From assembly GCA_965153285.1 (NCBI GenBank), contig OZ229113.1: a stretch of DNA of 64,000 bases; one strand, written 5' to 3'. Position 1 is the stretch's first letter, and every line of letters begins with the position of its first letter. The notes under the pieces were generated by a model. It was not told where the DNA came from and did not search any database. It saw only the letters and a program-made list of their open reading frames with translations. Source of the stretch: Podarcis tiliguerta (Eukaryota). A program made the position numbers and the translations under genes. Of the stretch, positions 1 through 17,027 are shown one piece after another.

Positions 1-647
1 CCAAAGTTGTTGACTTTTGCTCAGGAAAAGAAAACAGGAAACGTAAGGAGCCCAGCACAACAAACCAGGCATTGGGCACCTTGTGGTGTAAGCAGCGTAC
101 ACTGGGTGGGCCTCTCTTTGGCCCTACACCAATCCCAGGTGCACTGCCTCAGAACCTCGCCCCCAAACTTCCGGCGCAGAGCCACCTGCAGCAGAACAGC
201 TCCCATATCTTGTCTCTCTGCCGCCTCACCCCTTACCTCTCCCTTTTAATTTTAACCAGGTATTCAAATACATAATTTGTTTTTAACTGCAGGCTCAGTT
301 CAAAAACATGTTCAAAAACATGTGAAGTAATTGATAGACTCTGGGTACTAGTAAAATGTTTTTTCTAAACATGATGTAATCATAAGCAGTCTTGAAAAGT
401 CCCTGAAATAAACTCTATACAAAATCAATTTTTTCTTAAGGCAACTGCAGGTTCTAGTGCAACTATTGAAAATGCAAAACACGCGCTCAGAGTTCTGTTA
501 AACAGCACTGGCAATAACACCGAATTTTGAAAGATATACAGATCAATTCTCATCATGCTCATTATCCTCCTCAATTAAAATTCAGTTTTGTAATACTGTA
601 AGAAACTGGCACATTGAAACTGATGTGATTAAAAGTGGAGGATTCTA

Positions 648-1028
<381 letters not shown>

Positions 1029-2303
1029 TTAAGCAAAATGTTTCACAAACTGATCAACAGAGATTTGAACATTTAGATGAATATGGAGGGAAATGGTCAG
1101 AATCAAAATTCTTGTATAAAATTCTTTAGCTTCGTTGAAGGAGTAGTCCACTAATTTGTTCTCACACATATTCACCTTAAAACCACATACGGTACCTTTA
1201 AACCCTAGTTTCAAACTAACTTTCAGCAGTGCTAATACTGACTACAGTAGTAGAATTTATGCAGAAACAATAAGGAATGAAGAAAATTTAGGCTCAAACC
1301 CATTGCCCAGTCCCTGCTAAATATGGTTAAGAGGTCAGCAATGTTAAGTTTGTCTGCACCTGGCCTATGTAGTTTTCTCATTCCTTGTACCATGCTCACT
1401 TTCGTCACAACATATCAGCTCAATTCATGCAGGTTTCATTGTCATTTCTCAATTCTGTTTTAAAGTCTTAATGCTTCAGCCAGAACACCATGCAAACACC
1501 AGTCCCATACAAAGGCATGCATGACACTTGACTATACAAATAACAGCATAATTTTACGCATGTTCAGTACTTATTTTCACTTTTAAAATGATATAATTGT
1601 GGTTCAATGATAATACTACTTAGTATTATGTAAGTCTTTTAATGCTGGTCTTCAGGTGAACCTCACAAATTTAGCTGAATTTACCACACAGTCACAAATG
1701 CTGTTATTCAACCTAAAGCTTGGGCCTCTGGGTACTAGAACTGCTGATTTGCTAAAAAAATTAAGTGATTTGCACTTGAAGTAACTTGGTCTTCATGCTA
1801 AACAGCAAACTATTAAAACAGAACCCACAATATGAAAAAAGTTGGAATCTTTGGAATAAAAGTAAACTTTGATACAAAGAACTACAAGAAAATAAAAGAA
1901 TATGGTCTGAGCATTATATAATGAATGGCCATTATGTAAAATATATTAAAGAAAAATTTGGCATGTTTTCTTCATATTTGATACCAGAAACCCTTCTGAC
2001 ATATTAAAGAAATCTCTCAAACAATGCTTTCAAATTTGATAATATCCACTGAAAACAGAACACAGACTAGTTGACGTAATCTTAAATGTTTGGTAGCATC
2101 CTTTGTCAAGAGGTATGGGATGATGCAAAATGTGATGGTTGCTTGCTTCAAAGAGCAAATGCCACATTAAAGGTAGAAGACCCTCTTCACACAGTGGTTA
2201 TGTTCACACCAAGTGTATAGTTTGCCTTATCAAGAATGTGCTTCTATAGTTTTGTGGAGTAAGCAATCCAAATTTCAGTTCAACATTAATTAAACTATGT
2301 CAA

Positions 2304-2432
2304 CTTTCCTCAACCTGGTGCCCTCCAGATGTTATAGGCCACAATTCCCATCAACCACTGCCATCATGGCCTATGATCAGGGGTGACAGAAGTTGTGGTC
2401 CAAAACATCTGGAAGGCACCAGGTGGAGCAGA
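2304..2432. mobile_element. ~130-bp palindromic MITE (hAT-like)
   Basis: Arms acctggtgccctccagatgtt / aacatctggaaggcaccaggt. The family recurs several times in the window. Confidence 0.75.
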
Positions 2433-4709
2433 CATGCTACAAATATAGAGCAGAATGCAGCAAATGCACAACTTGAGGATGTCCAAGCAACACAAATAAC
2501 TACAAGACTATTCAAAAAGTGTTCAAATCCACAGAAGTAGGAAACTGCCCAATGTTATTTTCCCATCCACCCCATAGAAAAAAATCCCTGCCAAACCAAA
2601 TTTGCTGACATGAATCCATTATTAATTCCAACACCCTGTGACTTTGTCACAGATTATCAGCATTAAAAGGGAAAATAAGCTTTCCTGATCCCAGTATAAG
2701 GATCAAAAAATCACAAATACATTTATCATACTTTTGGCCAATACTATCTGAACTTTCTTGGCTCTACATTGCCACATGAGATACACACACCTGAAACCAA
2801 GTGGACATGGTTAGTATGCAAGAACATTATACCAAGCAGGTCTGATTCCAGGCTTAAGAGGGCCTTTGACCCAGTGCCCCTACAGGCAAGCCAGCAAGGC
2901 CTTACTTGGCAGCCGGCTGCAATGCTGCCCTCATGAGTGGTGGTATTTCAGAGCCATCATTTAGATATCATCCAACTATCTGGAGTGCCCAACACAGCAT
3001 CACTCCAGAGCATTATGGCTGGCACTACAACAGATCCTCCAGGGCACTGTTGGAAATTAGACAGGAAGGTTCATGGAAGCCCTGGAAAAGCAGGGCCCTG
3101 GGCAATCAGCAGTGGAACCTCCTAGATTCCCAGCCACTGCCCCAAGATTATGAGTTCTGATGCTGCACCTCATACAGAGTCCAACTGTACTGGCCCTGCT
3201 AGACAGACATAGTCTCACCCTTCCAACCTGATCTCCAATGAACTAAAATTTCCAGGGCCTTATTCATGCAGGGAATATTGTCTACCACTCAGCTATCATC
3301 AAGGTTGGTGACCTAGAATCAAGTAGGTGGTATTTCCATATCAGCATCAGACCCCTCCTGGAAGAGTGTAATGTTGCCTCATATAATGAGATAGCTATAT
3401 CAGTGGTGAGAAAAGGCACACCACAAGCATTACACAAAGGTGTTTCGCATAATAAGTGTACTGTGATTACCAACAATGATATACAGTCTTAAGAAGTGAG
3501 AAAGCTGTTACACCGATAACCAGTTTATGGAATTCAGATTTGCATGTGTGCTGAATAAAGCATCTTAACTATATTTTTAGGTCAAAGACAAATTTCATTA
3601 ATCAAAACTTAATACTTGAGACATGCATTAAATCCTAAGACATCTGTTCTACAAGCAAGTGTTAAATACTTGCAAGTAAAATAATAGCTGTCATTTTGAA
3701 TAAGTTAGTGCCATAAATTAACAACATTTTATCATCCTTTTTTTTTTTTACTAAATATTAAAGCTCTTTTGATGCTCATGATTTAATTACTGCATTGAAG
3801 TCCTATTTCAACAACTGCAAAATGCAATCAGGTGGGACAGATTGTTCTTGATCTTATGTCAAAACTAGTGTGGTTTTAATATAATAATTTGGTGGTAATG
3901 TTACAATTACAATGCATCACTGGAATAGAAATTTATTTCTTCCATGAAACAGTTGCTTTACGATAAGAGAGCTAAGTATCAATTATTTCTGAACGCAATA
4001 GGATAATAAGGGTAAGGGTTTTGACCTAGCAACATATGCAATGACTTTATAACAGGACAAGCACTGTTCAGCAATTTCATGGTTGAACATAATAAGAGTC
4101 TCTGTTCACTTCCCCCCAGTAAGTTGTTTAACGATTTGGTCATTTCCAAGATACAGCTGTGCAAACAATATTTCATGTCTAGCTAGCCATCATTGTGTCT
4201 TAGTCCTTAGCCTAGGTACCTCTCTCACACACTTCCTGGGCAGGGCGGTGATGAGAAAAATCAAGTTACACACATGTACCGGCAGATATAAATGTTGAAA
4301 ATATTCTAAAGATCAAGTCATGTAATAATGTTATTACCTTTCAGAATCCTTGTACGAGTCAGCCATATTAGGCTATAGCATCTTAGGGGTTAGCCACTCA
4401 CTTTCAAAAATTAAAGTCACTGAATAAGTATATGAGTGTTGTTTCTTTCAAAATCAAGAAGGCCTTTAGATCCCCCAAAAAGCATATGACCCCAAAAAAG
4501 CATATGAACACACAATAATTGATTGATTGATTTTAAAAGAATTATATGGGGCATCTTAAATGATACATGTGGATCATATTTTGGAAGTGTTTTTAACATG
4601 GAAAGATTTAGTTCAAATGAAAATGTTAATCGCCTAAGAAAAAATCATGTATTTGAGCGAAGTTCCAATTTTAGTTCATACATAGGTACTGACCAGTAAT
4701 TAAAAAACA

Positions 4710-5330
4710 GTGCCTGACGGTTTCCAAACATAGACCAAAACCTCCTCCTGGGAGCCATCATTCCAAATTGGGCACCAATATTGTCAGAAGCATCCAAATT
4801 GGTGCAGTTTGTAACTGTCAGACCAAACTGGATGATGTCACAGGAAACACAGGAAAAATATCTTCATTGGCATCCAAATCAGCATGGTTTGGAACAGTTT
4901 GTTCTGCCATCTTGATTCAAATGGGGTCCAACCATTTCTAAAAGTAAACCAAGTGCTGCTTCCTGATCTTAGTAACAGTCTTGCCAAATTGGGTGACAAT
5001 ATATTCAGAGGCATCCCAATCACTGCTGTTTAGAATGGATCAGTCCACCATCTTGATTCAAAATGGTGCCTGTCCAAACAAAGGCCAAAAACCCACTCAT
5101 CGATCTTAGCCACCGTCAAGTCAAATAGGCCATGCTAACTCCAGAGGCATCAAAATTGGTGCAGTTTGGAACATTTCAGTCCACCATCTTAATTCATAAT
5201 GGTACACAATGTCAATCAAACATAGACAAAAACTGGCTTCTCCACTTTGGGAACTGTCACACTAAGTTTAACAACCATATCACAAAAGGCATTCAAATGC
5301 ATGGAGAACAGACAGATGGGCAAAATATAT
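4710..5330. repeat. Degenerate ~140-bp tandem array (about 4 units) in CNKSR2 intron 1
   Basis: ggcatc/ggcatt-caaat-like anchors at 4869, 5010, 5146 and 5288, and CCATCTTRATTCA anchors at 4907, 5048 and 5184 (spacing 136-142). Confidence 0.75.
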
Positions 5331-8300
5331 AGCAGACATACAAAATTGCATGGAAATCTGGAAAAAAACCAATTAAGAACTATACAGGAAACTTACATAA
5401 TTGTTGAAATTCCCAGAATCTCAAAACGTTTGTATACAAAGCTAAGGATGCAATTTTATGCACACTCACTTGTGATTAAGACCCACTGAACTAGTGGGAG
5501 TTACTTCTGATGATGTATAGAATTGAGGTATGATACTGACACATTCCAAATATCAGTCTAGCTAGGGAGGTGGAACAACTCTTATATATTCTTATATATA
5601 AGTATGTAGAAATAAAATTATTAATAGCATTAACTTTTACTATTACTAAGCACTGGAAACATAGCAGTTAGCTTTTGTAGTATGACCAGCTTCATTAAGA
5701 TTTGCAAGATTTTAATAATTGTTGGTGAAATTATATAAGGTAATCAATATATTAGTTTAAAATATTATTGTGCTTAACATTGTTTCCTCAAATAGTAAAA
5801 ATAGTTAAATTGCAAAACAGCCCAAATGCATTGTGTCCTGTGTCATAGGTTTTTTTGAAAATCCAACATATCTTGTGAATAGTATGGTAAATACACAGAT
5901 ACTTTAAGAAACTAACAGCCTTCCAAATATACTGACCCATGCCCCTTCTTAGACATTTCAAGCAGCAGTTTTGTTTAGCCCTGGCTCCTTATGTAAAGTA
6001 TCTCAATTTGAAGCTGAGAATTTGGGCATGCAAAAAATAAATAAATGACATGGCAGTTATGTTTTCCTCATATTTGTTAACTTTGTCCAGGGGAACAAAC
6101 CCATACCCTTCCCCATGGCCTGTATTGGGTATTGATCATTGCAGGGTTGTTCTTAAGTGAGAGGCCAAAGGTTTTAGTCTCAGTCTATAAAGCTGATGTA
6201 TTTATCTATACTTCTTCACTTTTCTATTCAATAGTATTATTTGCTGAACATCAATAAACATACATATATGACTTGTATACATTGTATCTGTAACAGTTGC
6301 CAGACCTGTTGCTGAGGAAAGGAAGTGCCAGATGAAACAATGAACACCATGTGAAATTTTATATTAAGTAAAACCAATAACTTCTGGAATTATTACTGTA
6401 TTTTTATTGTGAGTATTGTGCTAATGTTTGTTTGTTTATCCCCAAGTGTTTCTTCCAACCGTCCCAGCTTAGTTTTGCATGTTAAACAATGGCCAAAAGA
6501 GTGGTCTTCTGCTGCTTATCAGTTTGTGCCAAATCTGTTGTTTGCTTATTAATGTTGAAAACTTCACCTAACGTATGCTGACCATAGTTTTTAGAGCAAT
6601 ATTTTTGTTCTTATATAAAGCATATACTTTAAGTAATATGTTAAATAGTAATAGCAAACTATATCAGTAGCATTTAGTATAGGTGTGTGTTAGAAGTTAG
6701 CTGACACACAAAGCAAATATATGAGTTTTAGGTCTATGCAAGCAACTAGATACAAAGCTAAGCAAATAATAATCATAACAGAAGCAGAAGCAGCTGGGTT
6801 CTTTATAACAAAACCGAAACCTGATTGGGGCTATTTGAAGCTTATAATAAATCTCATGTGTTTGTTTTATTTGTAGGCCCAATCAATGGACTAGGTTTAT
6901 GGAAGACATAACAAACAATAACCACACAGGATAATACTGTGAAAAGACAACATATTTACGAACGATATTCCTGTTCTTTCTCAGCTCGACTGATAGTCAT
7001 TGGAAGAACAAATTATCACTGCAAATGCCAAATCACACCTCCTTAAGTCTCTTCTCCACAGATCATTTTGTTGAGAGCCAACTGGCAGCTAGAGTCATGT
7101 TCTCTTTCCACTATCCTCCAAGGTTCTGTTAAGGAGGAAGGCCCCTTTCCTAAGGCCAATTTTCCAAGCCTGCCAGATCACTTCTTTCTGAGAGTCAAAT
7201 GCCAAATGCCATTGCTCCTCTCCCCATTTTTTCTGCTCCAAACTACACAACCACAACAGAGACTACTATTTCAGCTAGCTCAAAGGTGGATTAATTCAGG
7301 TGAAGGACTGGATCAGTGGATAGCTAGGAAAACACAGTAAACCCAGATTGCTTTGGAAAAATAACTACTATAAAGCAATGCAATAGCTGAATTGATCCTG
7401 TTTTTTTGTTACCTGAAAATTACAATTTGCTAATTGCAAGAACAGTTCAAATACACTTTTTCTATTAAGTATATCTAAAAATATGCTAATATCCTTTCTT
7501 AGTAATATGAAGAATATCACTTGTGATCTATATTCATTTTACAGAAAATGAACACACACAAAAAATTAAACAATAATCTAAATAATTCCTGACAATATGC
7601 ATTTAATCATCACTTCAAAACAGAATGTATAACTTATCAGACTTTAGAAAATGATTTGAAGCTCTCTCAGTTACTCCATAACTACACTGATGAATGACAT
7701 ACACATAGCTCACATCTGTCAAGGGCATCACTTCCACATACAATTATCATTATCCAAACTGTCCTCCCTATCATGTTAACTTCCACTCATGTTGTCATGT
7801 ACCTTCAATATACATGTTTGATAGCTGTGTAGAACCACTTTGCAGTAATATACTGGCACTCAAGTAATTTCCACAACACGAGATATCAGCTGCAAAACTA
7901 TTTCAGCAACAGGTGGTTTCTCTGGGAGACTATTAATACCTTACCCTCCTCCATAGCTCAATCAAATAATATTTCAAGGTTGGGTATCAGCAGTTTCAAA
8001 TCTCTTGTATCACAAAACAGCATAGTGATAAGCACATATTTCAGTTAATTGTTAGTCCATCTAGTCCAATAACTTAATCCTAAAATCAAAAATAGGAAAG
8101 ATTGGAGGGGAGGAGACAAGTACCAGTGCTCTTGCTAGATTTATGATGGCACAATACTTAAAATTTATGAAAGTTACTCCCCAGCCATTCATATGTAGGA
8201 AATAAGCATCACACCTATGTTAATTATAAATTACAAAGTGTTATAAAATAGTCTGGAGTCATTCATCCATGTTTTCTTATTGCTTCAGGCCAAATGTTGA

Positions 8301-11300
8301 CATTTCCATCATTACATTCCCTACTGTCATGTTCTTCATGCATTCAATATTGAATAACATGAGAGCAAGACATTAAATACCTGGCTTGATTTATTTATTA
8401 AGATACATAATAAGGTCAGCCCTTACAAACAAAGGCAGGCTCTTTTAAAGATTCTGATAGTCCAGGGAGAAAATGTTCATTTGAGCCCTTCTGTACCTCA
8501 CTGCACCATGGGTCAATGTAATTTCACCCCTCAATTTGGGTGGAAGATTAAATATGCATATAATCCCACCCAAAAAAAGTCTATATTTGATATCAGAAGC
8601 AATATGTTAAGATGCTATGCCTCTCAATTCAAGGACAATATTTATGACGGATTCAGTTGCAATGTATGCCAGGGTGTATCCAGAAAAATTACTGAAACCC
8701 AATTCAATAAATTTATTGGGGTCCACTGTAATCCGTACACACAGCTTGCACTGATGCACACATTGGAATTTGTGAAAATAGTGTGTGCTGCTACAACATA
8801 CCTGTACATTGTGTGCATACTTTGTTACTCTGAGCCACATCCCGTCACATTTAGAAGCCTACATAGAATGGCAGAAAATAATCAGAACTGGAAATTCTAC
8901 AGCACTATTACAGAAGAGTGTTATATGCAAGCTTCACACAGGAGACAAAACTTTCTTTGGAGTGAGGGATGCAGCTGCCATTGCATGCGTGGAACAGACT
9001 TCCACTTCCTCTCTTCCTGCAGCCACCCACACACCCTCAGAATCAGCTCCAGAAGGTTAGGAGACCCTCCAGATTTTCAGGACATGAAGGAGGGGCATAG
9101 GAAGAAGAAGAAATTCTGCTGCATGAACAGAACCTGGTTACTCAGAGTTGCAGGCAACTCATAGATAAGGGAGCACACTTCCTCCTTCTCATCAATTCAA
9201 TTTAGAAATAATAAACGAGGTTCTTCTCTGTAGGAGAGGGGCTGCAGGACTTAGTGCAAGATCCTCCATGCTGCAACCTGGAAGCCTTGAATAGCTTGAA
9301 AGGAAGCTCCCTGGATCTGCAGTCCTTTCTCAAAACACTGCACCACAGCCCAAACAGTCCCCATTGTCATTAAAGGCCTGCAGTATATTCCAGAAATGTC
9401 ACAGCAGAAGAAGTCGCAAAATAATTCTTATGTATTATTGTAATATATTTATAATATTAGGACATCTCACAGTGCTTTTTCCACATAAGGTTTATGTTGT
9501 AAGAATTCAAATAGTGTACACTGCTGCATATTAGATCTAGTCAGATAAACAAACTTTTAATAACTGATATTATATGAGCTTGTGTAGCCAGGAAATTATA
9601 AAGCTGCGTGGCATAAGGCTACATTAAAATTCATTACAATGGTATGCCCTGGCTAAAGTTATACCTTTGAATCCTGCAACAAAATTTACACATGAGTAGG
9701 TATGCTAGGTGGCAGCACTCCCAATTAGCCTGCCTTCCACCTGAACTGGCAGCTGTGAGCCTTTCTCAGACAAATGATCTACCATGACAGAGACCAGAGT
9801 TTCTACAAATGAAAAAATTAAACGTTTCTATAATGTTTGTTCATATGTAAACTTTTCCTGCAATCCTCCTGTAAGATTTGGTTCTTCTGCTTCTCCTCCC
9901 CATATTTTCAATATCTATAGTACTAGCAGAAGCCTCAGGGTACATGGAAGTGGGAATAGAGAAAAACTACAGCTGTAAACACAGAAAGAAAACCAAAGGT
10001 TTTTGTCACATAATGGCATGCCCCATGCAATAATAATGCTTATTTTATTTTAGCTAAACACATTTCTTAATGAGCAAGTGTGTTTTTTGGTATTCATAAA
10101 AACAGACTCTGGCGAGGAAAAACAATGAAGTCATAATATAGGATACTTTCAAGCAGGTTAATGTTATTGAAAACTCGTTTGTGCACATAAGTGAGTTTGG
10201 GCTACTATTATCTTCTCTTCCCAAGTCCATTAAGTGTGAAGCGGATATACCAGTAAAGAAAAAACTGGAAAATAACTAATTGATTTTCTTTTAGAAACAC
10301 AAACAGCAGTTTTTTAAACAGGGAAACCAGTCACTAGTACTACACAAAGTTAGAAGTATAGGCTTGTAACTTCTGCTTCATTAGTCAAAATATTCAGACC
10401 TCAGTCTGAGTAAGCCACACTGAACTTAATTCTAAGTAGGATTTAACTAAAATGAAGACCCAGAAACCCAACACCAACAACCCCCACAACAAAAAAATCC
10501 CCCAAACATCACTCCAGGGATCTTGAGGGAAATCACAACCATTTAAAATGCAAAAAGCAAATGATAATTCCCAATCCATCTGTTTAATGTTGCAAAGAAC
10601 ATGGCCATGTTGTCCCATGCATTGCATGCACAATATGCACATACACAACCAATTCAGAAACCAAATGTTCTAAGTAGGCATCAACTGAATGGTAATGAAA
10701 TGAACTAGCTTCATTAATTCCAATAGAATAAGGTCAAAGTATTAGACCTTCCATTTTTATGAAGCATTTTACCATAATACTGTCTACTGTTTTGCAGTTT
10801 TGCTGAACAGCAAATCATTGCCCTGTTTCGGGAACCATGTATATAGTTAATAAGCATTATTAAACAGGCTTACATAACTATTTATGGAAATACTTACAAG
10901 AGTTAAATAACTAAGACCATATGCCTCAAGTTTTAAGGAGGATGAAATTGCAATGCATTAGCAAGGTAAAGAAGTCTGAGAAATAATGCCCACAACATAG
11001 CAGTTCTTCATAAATCAGTCATTCAATTGCACCAGCTTCACAGATATATTTGATACTAGCTAGATTTATTCACGCTACAAGCCAGGATTAGAGAACTCCA
11101 GTTTTCATACTTGGGATTTTATAAAATAAATATGAAAACTGGAGTTATCTCTAATACATGAAAGCCTTTCCTGTAACCCACATTCATATGTTCATATTGT
11201 TGTTTTTACACTGGGAAGGCAAACAAGCAGAAAGACAATAAGTATAGTCAAATGCAATGCCAGTATAAACAATGTATCTTAAAATGTGGGCTGTTTATGC

Positions 11301-13519
11301 TAAAAGCCTCAAAGTATATCCTTGGGTGCTCAGGATAAGCAGGCAAAATTTCATATTCTGTGATACATTTCACAATGAAATGTTGATTTCCAATGCTTCA
11401 TTCAGAAGCTCCATTTTTGGAAAATGACATGGGATGTTTTTAAAAAAGGATATTACTGCTCTTCCAAAAAACCACCACCACCACTGTACACACAATTGTC
11501 CTCTTATAATACTTATCACATCTTGGAGCCTTCAATGAAATGTTACAAAATGAAACTGTAGCTAAACCAATGCTATATCTATTGAGACACATTGTGTAGA
11601 ATGTTGATGCAATATTTTTTTACACGTGATTTTAAAAAATCTAAACCACCTAGAATTTTCATTTTAAAAGAAAGAGAAATACAAGCATCTTTCTTGGGCT
11701 TCATACATGCCCAGAATTATGTATCAGTAAATAAGAGATTGCAACTGCATGGAAAATTGCAGACCTGGAAATTAATTATTTAAAAACCAAAACTACATCT
11801 TCCACACCAGGGTCTTGATAAAGAAAACAACTAACTGCAAAGTGTTTTAGTGTTTCAAACAGAACAGGTGTACTAATGCTCATTCTCACAGAATGTGGTG
11901 ATCTCATTTACCAAAATAGGGCAATTAAATGCTAAGTGAGCTATGATACTATGCAGGATAAGAGAAGTTTCTAGTCTCTGGGCACCATACGGCCAAAGTT
12001 AAGCACTTTCTGGTTGTCCTGCTTTCAATGGGCCAGAGTTTAGCACATGCTTGGGGCTGTGATCCTAATCACACATTTCCTGAGAGTAAATCCTATTTAA
12101 TAAACTGGAAATTACTTCAGAGAAAATAACGTACTGGAAACATGTACTGAATCAGGCTGAAAAGCTCCCACTGAAATCAATGAGGTTTAAGTATATATTC
12201 CCTGCCAAGCCACTACCAAACAGTGAGTAAGCAAAATACTAAATGGCAAGAAACTGCCTATTTCAAGAGCACTGACTGAAACAGGCTTTCCTTGAAAAGT
12301 ATGGGAGCATATCTACTGAAAGAGATAGAAGCACATTTGACAACAGTGGCTACTAAGCTTACAGTGCAATTCTATGCATGTTTAAGCAGACTTAAGTTCA
12401 CAGCCATTCAACAGAGCTAGAGTGTGTTTAAGAGTGGGCCACAGATGGACCTCAGCTGTTTCAGTCAAGCAGCAGCTGGATGTAACGAAGAGGTGAGGCA
12501 CAATTTCTCATTTTATCAGCAATGTAAAAATAAAAAAATGTCAGTTTCCTCAAAGTTACAACCCACAAATAAAGCAATGGCTTTAACTAGTGGGTAAATA
12601 GCAGGACTGATCATCTAAGCCCACATCCTCAAAAAAAGGTCAGTTTCTAATGCTATCAATAATAATAAAAAATGATGCTAGGAGTGGACAATGGACTGAC
12701 AATTGCTAGTGGAGGAAAGCTAGAGAGAGCCGACTAAAAGAAATCTCATTCCAACCTCACAAGTGATGCCAGCAGGGCTATAGGGCAACTAGGGAATGAC
12801 AAAAAGACAGCTGCTGAAAGTGAGTGGTACAGCAGCTCAGCTGCTATTGTGGAGTAGAATTAAATGACAGCCTGGAGCCCCTCAGGTGCTCCTCGCTTGG
12901 CTTCAAGGGAAACAAGTGGAATGCTTAGGAGCAGCAGTACAAGTCATTGCATGTACCATTTTAAAAGGACACCAGACTGTCACTCTATGAGATGCAAGCA
13001 CACCATGAAATGCGATGTTCTCCGTTCACCCTCCTTCCTCTAGTAGCTTTGTTTCACAGCGCACATGCTTCCCATGACATGTGATGCTGCCACCTTCCCA
13101 GCCCTCTGACCCGGAGATCAGCTTTGCAAGGTCTCACACGCCCATGCAGGGCTGTCGTCCCAGCTGCTCCCTCCCTTGCCAGGTCACGCCGACACCAGAG
13201 CCAGTGTTCCTCAAGCATGCTGGCGCTGTTATTGCAGCCTCTCTCCTCAAGAGGCGCTGCTGCGTCTTGGCACCTGCTCTCCACTATCTCCCTTGTCATC
13301 CTCCTCCATCACCGCCCCTCGCCCCATGGCCAGGATTGTTTTAGCATTCCTCCACAGTTCCATATGGCCTCTTGGCCATTCTGGGTCGCTGGCTCGCATT
13401 TCGCCAAGTGCTCCAAGTGGAAGGCATATTTACAAACAGCCACAGGGTATTATTATTACGCTTATTAAACGCCCTTAGCCTTCCTTTTCCAAATTAACCT
13501 CCTTGGGTTGTTGCTGCTT

Positions 13520-15300
<1,781 letters not shown>

Positions 15301-17027
15301 GTATTTCTGTGTGGGCTAGGAAGGTAATTGCTGAGAAAAGCCCTTGGCTCAGGGTGGGGAGGGGGAATAGGAACATCATTTTTTATTAGGATGATTCTAT
15401 TTCACATACTTTAGATCAGCATTCGGAGGCTGTCAGAATAAATGGACCTCCAAAGGAATGGTTATTTCCTTATTTGGCTGCTCAATGTACAGTATGTGAT
15501 GGATGGCACAGAAGAATAAATGCTGTTATCTTTAAACTGCTCTGATTCCAGAAATCACATCTTTCCCTGTATTAAGAACTCCCTTTCAGGCATACGTGGC
15601 CCCCTGGGAGGGGAATATCTTTCTGGACAGGCCTTCTTGCTATTATTCAACAATAATTCAGTTCCAGCAGCATGCCAGGTGCTATACAGATCACTGAATT
15701 GCATTGCTTATTGAAAAGTCTACAGAATTCATGGGCGTTTGAGCTTCCCCTGGCCAAAAAATGCATTTATGCAGAAGTAAGCCTCATCGATTTTGTGAAA
15801 TTGACTCCTGTAAGTGTTCATATAGGATCAAAGATACAGGGATAAGATAAGGTTTGATCAAGGATGAAGGAAGATGGGGCAGTGAAGGGTGAAACCGATA
15901 GTAATTGAAGGTGGTCTGGGTAAGCATGAAGCTTACGAAAGTTCAGTGCTGAGACTTGGATAAGTTGCAAGGTTGCTGCAGCAACAGAGGGAGATGCTAC
16001 AGTGGTTTGCAAAGAAGGAGGTAGGAAGAGTGGAGTGGCAAAGCAGAGGGTGAAAAGGTCAGTTGCTGGGAGAAGTAAACGAGGCCCAGTAATAGCTTAC
16101 AGGGAGAACAAAATGTGAGAAAGGTGATGAGAAGAAAAAGAAAGCAGATGGGGCAGAAAAGCAAGGGCATTATAAATGTAAATACAGAAAGGTGACATTC
16201 TCTCACCTATCCTAATTACTGCTCTTCCTCATTCTTCACACAATGTATGGCTACCAAGGCGTGTTTAGAAGGCAACATAGAAAATACAGCACCGGCTACT
16301 TTTAGCCCTGTATGTGAAGAAGCACCAAGATGGCCTCCACTGTGAGGAGCAAAGCTAGGACCTAACTTCTAGGCTGATAAATTATCATGTTTTATTATCA
16401 CCATTTGGATTCAAGTCAGAAACAACAGAAAAAAATGATGGCCATTCTCCAGCTGAAGGTTCTTGTGACTAATAGGATAATAAATCACACTGACCACAGT
16501 AGAATTGACTCCTGAGTAAACATGCAGAGAGTTGTGCTGGCAATCATTCTGAAGGCAATGGGCCTTCAGTAACAATTAAGTTGTTCCAGTGGTTTCAGTG
16601 GAACATACCCATTCTGGCTTTTATATATTTTTTATTGTTTATGTTTATATGTTATAAATAATAAAGCAAGTGCCTTTAGCTAAATTAATGACAACATGTT
16701 TGAAGAATAATTGCTGTTCTGCTAGTATGTTAATATAGATTTATATTGCCCAGAAAATAACATGGAACACTTTCTCCCCTACTTATTTTATATATTAAAT
16801 ATAATATTTACCCATACACATGATGGTACTGTTAAGGTGGAAAGAACCCCAAGGCAGAATTGGAAAGGAGGCAGATTTAGGTTCTGATGAAATAAATTAG
16901 CTGATGAAATTAACAAGGCAAGTGAGGGATTCTATGCCTGGGTACAATGGTGCAAATTCATCACTTGGTAAGATATTGGTAAGAGAATTCTGTCCCAAAA
17001 CAAGTGTGTAATTTTTTTTTACCTCAA

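Noticed and set aside
8481-9164. 227-aa plus-strand ORF, the longest in the window, antisense within intron 1
   Set aside because: Starts at TTG, has no recognisable domain, and its 3' third crosses a MITE remnant (~8960-9160). Consistent with a chance ORF.
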